Assembly: GCA_965219445.1 (NCBI GenBank)
Contig: CBDCNQ010000005.1
Coordinates: 1,440,001-1,504,000 of the forward strand
From: Longimicrobiales bacterium
Lineage (GTDB): Bacteria > Gemmatimonadota > Gemmatimonadetes > Longimicrobiales > Gaopeijiaceae
Length of the DNA stretch: 64,000 bases
Direction: 5' to 3'
Shown here: one piece after another, positions 61,547 through 64,000 of the stretch
How the letters are laid out: the number at the start of each line of letters is the position of its first letter
Numbering within the stretch: the first letter of the stretch is position 1
Position numbers and translations under genes: made by a program
The notes under the pieces: model-generated
What the model saw: only the letters and a program-made list of their open reading frames with translations
Told to the model about the DNA's origin: nothing
Databases searched by the model: none

Positions 61547-62899
61547 ATGGGCGAGAAAAAAGCGGACGGTACCAGCCAAAGCAGCATGTTCCACGACAGG
61601 TCCGGCAAGCAACTCCCGCTCGCCATGCAGTACGACTACACCAACTTCTACTTCGGGGCGGGGGAGGATGCCTTCGCCATGCTCGACCCCTTCGACGAAT
61701 GGTGGAAGGACTCCGAGCCGTCCGGCTACTACCTGTACGGCCTTCCCATGCAGGGTGCGCCCACCACGCGAGTCGACGTGCGTGACACCAAGACGGGTGA
61801 GGTCCACACCGACCTCCTCAACTTCGCCTCCTACAACTACCTGGGCCTGTCGTACCGGTCCGAGGTCAAGGAGGCCGTGGTCGAGGCAGCGAGTCGCTAC
61901 GGCAACGGTGCGTCTGGATCCCCCATCCTCAGTGGATCGCTGGAGGTGCACCACGAGCTCGCCGACCGCCTGGCCGAGTTCAAGGGCAAGGAGGCCGTCC
62001 TACTCTTCCCGACCGGCTACAGCGTAAACGTCGGGGTCATCGCCGGACTCATGCGCTCGGGCGACCTCTGTGTCGCCGACCAGTACGCCCACGCCAGCTT
62101 GGTCGACGGCATGATCCTCTCGAAGGCCAACAGCCGCTTTTTCCGGCATAACAAGGTCGATGACCTCGAGCGCAAGCTGAAGCGATACGAGGGCAAGAAG
62201 CTGGTCATGATCGAGGGCGTCTACTCGATGGACGGCGACGTTGCGCTCGTGCCCGACATCGTGGAGGTCTGTCAGCGCTACGGGGCCCGCATTCTGATCG
62301 ACGAGGCACACTCCACCTTCATCTATGGAGAAAACGGTCGTGGCGTGGCCGAGCACTTCGGGCATGATGACGAGATCGACATACACGTCGGTACGTTCTC
62401 CAAGAGCCTGGGTGGCCAGGGCGGATTCGTCGCCGGGTCTCAGAAGTTGATCAATTATCTCCGCGGATTTTCGCGGTCCCGAACCTTCTCTTGTGGGCTA
62501 TCACCTGTTGTGGCCGCGGGAATCTTGAAGGCGCTGGAACTTTTCTTGGAGGAACCCGAGCTGAGGACCAAACTCTGGGACAACGTCGAGTTCATGCAGA
62601 AACGCCTTCGCGACTCCGGCGTCTCGGTTGGAGACTCCGAGTCGCAGGTGATTCCGATTATGATACGGGATGACGCGCGAGTCTTCCAAATCGGTGAGGC
62701 ACTCATGCACGAGGGGGTTTACCTGAACCCGGTCAAGTATCCCGCCGTGGGGAAGCACAAATCTCGCTTCCGGATGTCGATCTCCGCCGCTCACTCCCGT
62801 GAGGAACTGGAAGAAGGAGCTCGGATCATCACAAGCGTACTGCAAAGGTATGGCATATGCCCGACGGCCGAGGCCGCTATTACTTCAACCATGGGCTGA
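61547..62899 (+). CDS. Alpha-oxoamine synthase family PLP enzyme (serine palmitoyltransferase/BioF-like)
   Basis: SYNYLGL, HASLVDG, EGVYSMDGD, DEAHS, GTFSKSLG; GGAGG RBS before ATG 61547. Confidence 0.88.
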   Translation: MGEKKADGTSQSSMFHDRSGKQLPLAMQYDYTNFYFGAGEDAFAMLDPFDEWWKDSEPSGYYLYGLPMQGAPTTRVDVRDTKTGEVHTDLLNFASYNYLGLSYRSEVKEAVVEAASRYGNGASGSPILSGSLEVHHELADRLAEFKGKEAVLLFPTGYSVNVGVIAGLMRSGDLCVADQYAHASLVDGMILSKANSRFFRHNKVDDLERKLKRYEGKKLVMIEGVYSMDGDVALVPDIVEVCQRYGARILIDEAHSTFIYGENGRGVAEHFGHDDEIDIHVGTFSKSLGGQGGFVAGSQKLINYLRGFSRSRTFSCGLSPVVAAGILKALELFLEEPELRTKLWDNVEFMQKRLRDSGVSVGDSESQVIPIMIRDDARVFQIGEALMHEGVYLNPVKYPAVGKHKSRFRMSISAAHSREELEEGARIITSVLQRYGICPTAEAAITSTMG

Positions 62900-63528
62900 G
62901 CTGCCTCTTTGAGATGCCGACGTCCGATGCACGGCGGCTGGTCGCATCGGACCTCCAACCCCTCGAAGTCCAGCACGAGCGCAGCGTTCTCTCGGTCACC
63001 GTGTTCGACTTTTACGAGGGCGACGCCGGTGCATTCCAGGAAGTGGTGCTCTCCGTGCTGGTGCCACCACTCGTGAAGCCCGGTGATCCACTTCCAAAAG
63101 CCGCCCTTTACCCCTTCCTCGTAGCCACGAGTACGGAGACGGGCCGCAGGGAAGGCGTCGACCGCTGGAAGTTGCCGCACCTCGAACGAGACGTCGAGGT
63201 CACGTTTACCGAGGCCGAGGGTCACATCTGTGCCACCACGAGCGTCGATGGAGAGCCGATCTTCCAGCTGACGGGCACGAGTCATCTTTTCGAGCCCGCT
63301 GAGCTGCTCTTTCACACCTTCGTGTCCGACGCCGGGGGGGTCTATAAGTCGGACATCACCTTGCTCGGCGAGAGCTACAGTGAACACGAGTTCGAGACGG
63401 GCTCACTCGTGATCCATCCACACGAGTTGACCGCGGGTCTGACCATAGACGAGATCGCGAGAGCCCCCTTTCGGGAGCAGTGGATGAAGAAGGGTGTGGA
63501 GGTCTTCGCCCCCCTCGAAGCCATCTGA
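62857..63528 (+). CDS. Acetoacetate-decarboxylase-fold protein
   Basis: ARRLV...LQPLEV, DFYEGDAGAFQEVVLS, GRREG...WKLP pattern. Confidence 0.6.
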   Translation: MPDGRGRYYFNHGLSCLFEMPTSDARRLVASDLQPLEVQHERSVLSVTVFDFYEGDAGAFQEVVLSVLVPPLVKPGDPLPKAALYPFLVATSTETGRREGVDRWKLPHLERDVEVTFTEAEGHICATTSVDGEPIFQLTGTSHLFEPAELLFHTFVSDAGGVYKSDITLLGESYSEHEFETGSLVIHPHELTAGLTIDEIARAPFREQWMKKGVEVFAPLEAI

Positions 63529-63561
63529 AGACGACCCCGCACGGGAAGTCCCATCTGAGCC

Positions 63562-64000
63562 ATGCCACCCGACGCGATATCCCCCGATGACCGCCGTGTC
63601 TTTGTCATCTTCAATCCGGCGTCGGGGCGAGGCCGCGGTGCACGCAGGATCGGGCGACACCTTTCACTCCTCGGGAAACACCTACCCGGCTTTACGCACG
63701 CGGGCACATCGCGCCCCGGCGAGGAGGGTATTCTCGCGGAGCAGGCGATCGCCGACGGGTTCAACCTCATCGTCGCCGCAGGTGGGGACGGGACCTGGAG
63801 TAACGTCGCGGACCGGATCGTGTCGTCGCCCACGGAGAACGTGGCGCTGGGCCTTCTCGCTTCCGGCACCGGAAACGATTTCGCACGCAATTTCGGCGTT
63901 TCGATGCGTAAGCCCGACGTGGCCGTCCGGATGCTGGCGAGGGGAGTCGTCCGTAGCGTCGACGTGGGCAGGGTCGTCACGAGTGGGACACCGGTGGGGG
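63562..64000 (+). CDS. Diacylglycerol/sphingosine kinase family lipid kinase, 3'-truncated
   Basis: Translated by hand: IFNPASGRG, AAGGDGT, SGTGNDFAR, VDVG. Confidence 0.9.
   Translation, partial: MPPDAISPDDRRVFVIFNPASGRGRGARRIGRHLSLLGKHLPGFTHAGTSRPGEEGILAEQAIADGFNLIVAAGGDGTWSNVADRIVSSPTENVALGLLASGTGNDFARNFGVSMRKPDVAVRMLARGVVRSVDVGRVVTSGTPVG

Overview
GC-rich bacterial chromosomal window. The gene content (BrxA/B, expanded Ser/Thr kinase-propeller and divergent AraC families, DUF305-LVIVD pair) suggests Gemmatimonadota; this is an inference. Most of it is housekeeping: a suf operon with a Fur-box-like operator, fadI, proCBA with an attenuator-like leader, metZ, pyc, ccdA-dsbA, arsM, tRNA-Asn and a possible sphingolipid cluster. 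The most unusual part is 53.2-60.3 kb, where an AraC gene and a SARP/STAND-NTPase/TPR regulator converge on a three-gene unit: conserved hypothetical gene, an unannotated 20-aa peptide ORF with a perfect Shine-Dalgarno, and a membrane HD-GYP phosphodiesterase. An 18-nt inverted repeat brackets the peptide ORF and would sequester the HD-GYP ribosome-binding site. All product calls come from motif recognition by eye; no database searches or folding computations were run.
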